Origin: Methanopyrus kandleri AV19
GTDB taxonomy: Archaea > JAADCQ01 > Methanopyri > Methanopyrales > Methanopyraceae
DNA: 32,000 bases
Reading direction: 5' to 3'
Assembly: GCF_000007185.1 (NCBI RefSeq)
Contig: NC_003551.1
Location: 540,001 to 572,000, forward strand
Both the position numbers and the translations under genes were made by a program. Shown here one piece after another: positions 31,801 through 32,000 of this stretch. Numbering within the stretch: position 1 is the first letter of the stretch; the number at the start of each line of letters is the position of its first letter. Below the pieces are notes generated by a model that searched no databases, had not been told where the DNA came from, and was given only the letters and a program-made list of their open reading frames with translations.

Positions 31801-32000
31801 GCACCCACCCCTCCGAGACAAACCGCGGGGACCAACAGATGGAAAAGATCGCCCAGCAGATCCCGCCCGGCGAGACATGCTAAGAATACCACGGCGAGTG
31901 CTAAACCATCCCCTTCCCCGGGACATATCACGTGAGTTGCGGCTAGGAACACGGCGGCTACGATGCACACCCACGCGGGGTAAGAGTACGCCGCGGGTGC
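31758..32000 (-). CDS. membrane protein, C-terminal part only (start outside window); possibly an A24-type GxGD aspartic peptidase
   Basis: The frame is open to the window edge. It is hydrophobic and contains PGEGDGLALAVVFLACLAG, reminiscent of the GxGD motif of prepilin/preflagellin peptidases. Weak evidence. Confidence 0.35.
   Translation of the reverse strand, partial: APAAYSYPAWVCIVAAVFLAATHVICPGEGDGLALAVVFLACLAGRDLLGDLFHLLVPAVCLGGVGAYFWKHRDTLLNRT

Noticed and set aside
1-32000. CRISPR arrays, cas genes, rRNA genes, toxin-antitoxin pairs and known defence systems
   Set aside because: I saw no regularly spaced direct repeats, no recognisable rRNA sequence and no recognisable defence-gene motifs on either strand.

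Overview
High-GC archaeal chromosomal segment, mostly housekeeping genes. PurP, CofC, fused ThiD-ThiN, archaeal Hpt, Trm5, a PriS-like primase and an Mmp7-like protein point to a hyperthermophilic methanogen. Both tRNA genes encode C at position 8 and a genomic CCA, so my guess is Methanopyrus kandleri or a close relative (inference, no search run). I moved several ORF-track starts to internal start codons where the upstream part is only shadow ORF over a neighbouring gene. Five things are not explained by routine annotation. (1) A NifB-type radical-SAM gene with no nif context sits in an operon with an Mmp7-like gene. (2) A ~3 kb surface-protein locus (9954-12933) reads as one gene broken by two -1 frameshifts plus in-frame TGA and TAG stops, with module homology running through every break. 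(3) A low-GC island carries an intact solo TnpB with a GC-rich structured 3' region (omega-RNA candidate), abutting the tRNA-Leu promoter. (4) Two divergent paralogs form an uncharacterised 'YGPYY...IYLG' protein family. (5) A small family of AT-rich hairpins (AAnCGTTAy...TAACGTT) includes an identical 12-mer 6-7 nt after both tRNA genes. No CRISPR array, rRNA gene or recombinase gene was seen. All functional calls rest on motif recognition from memory.
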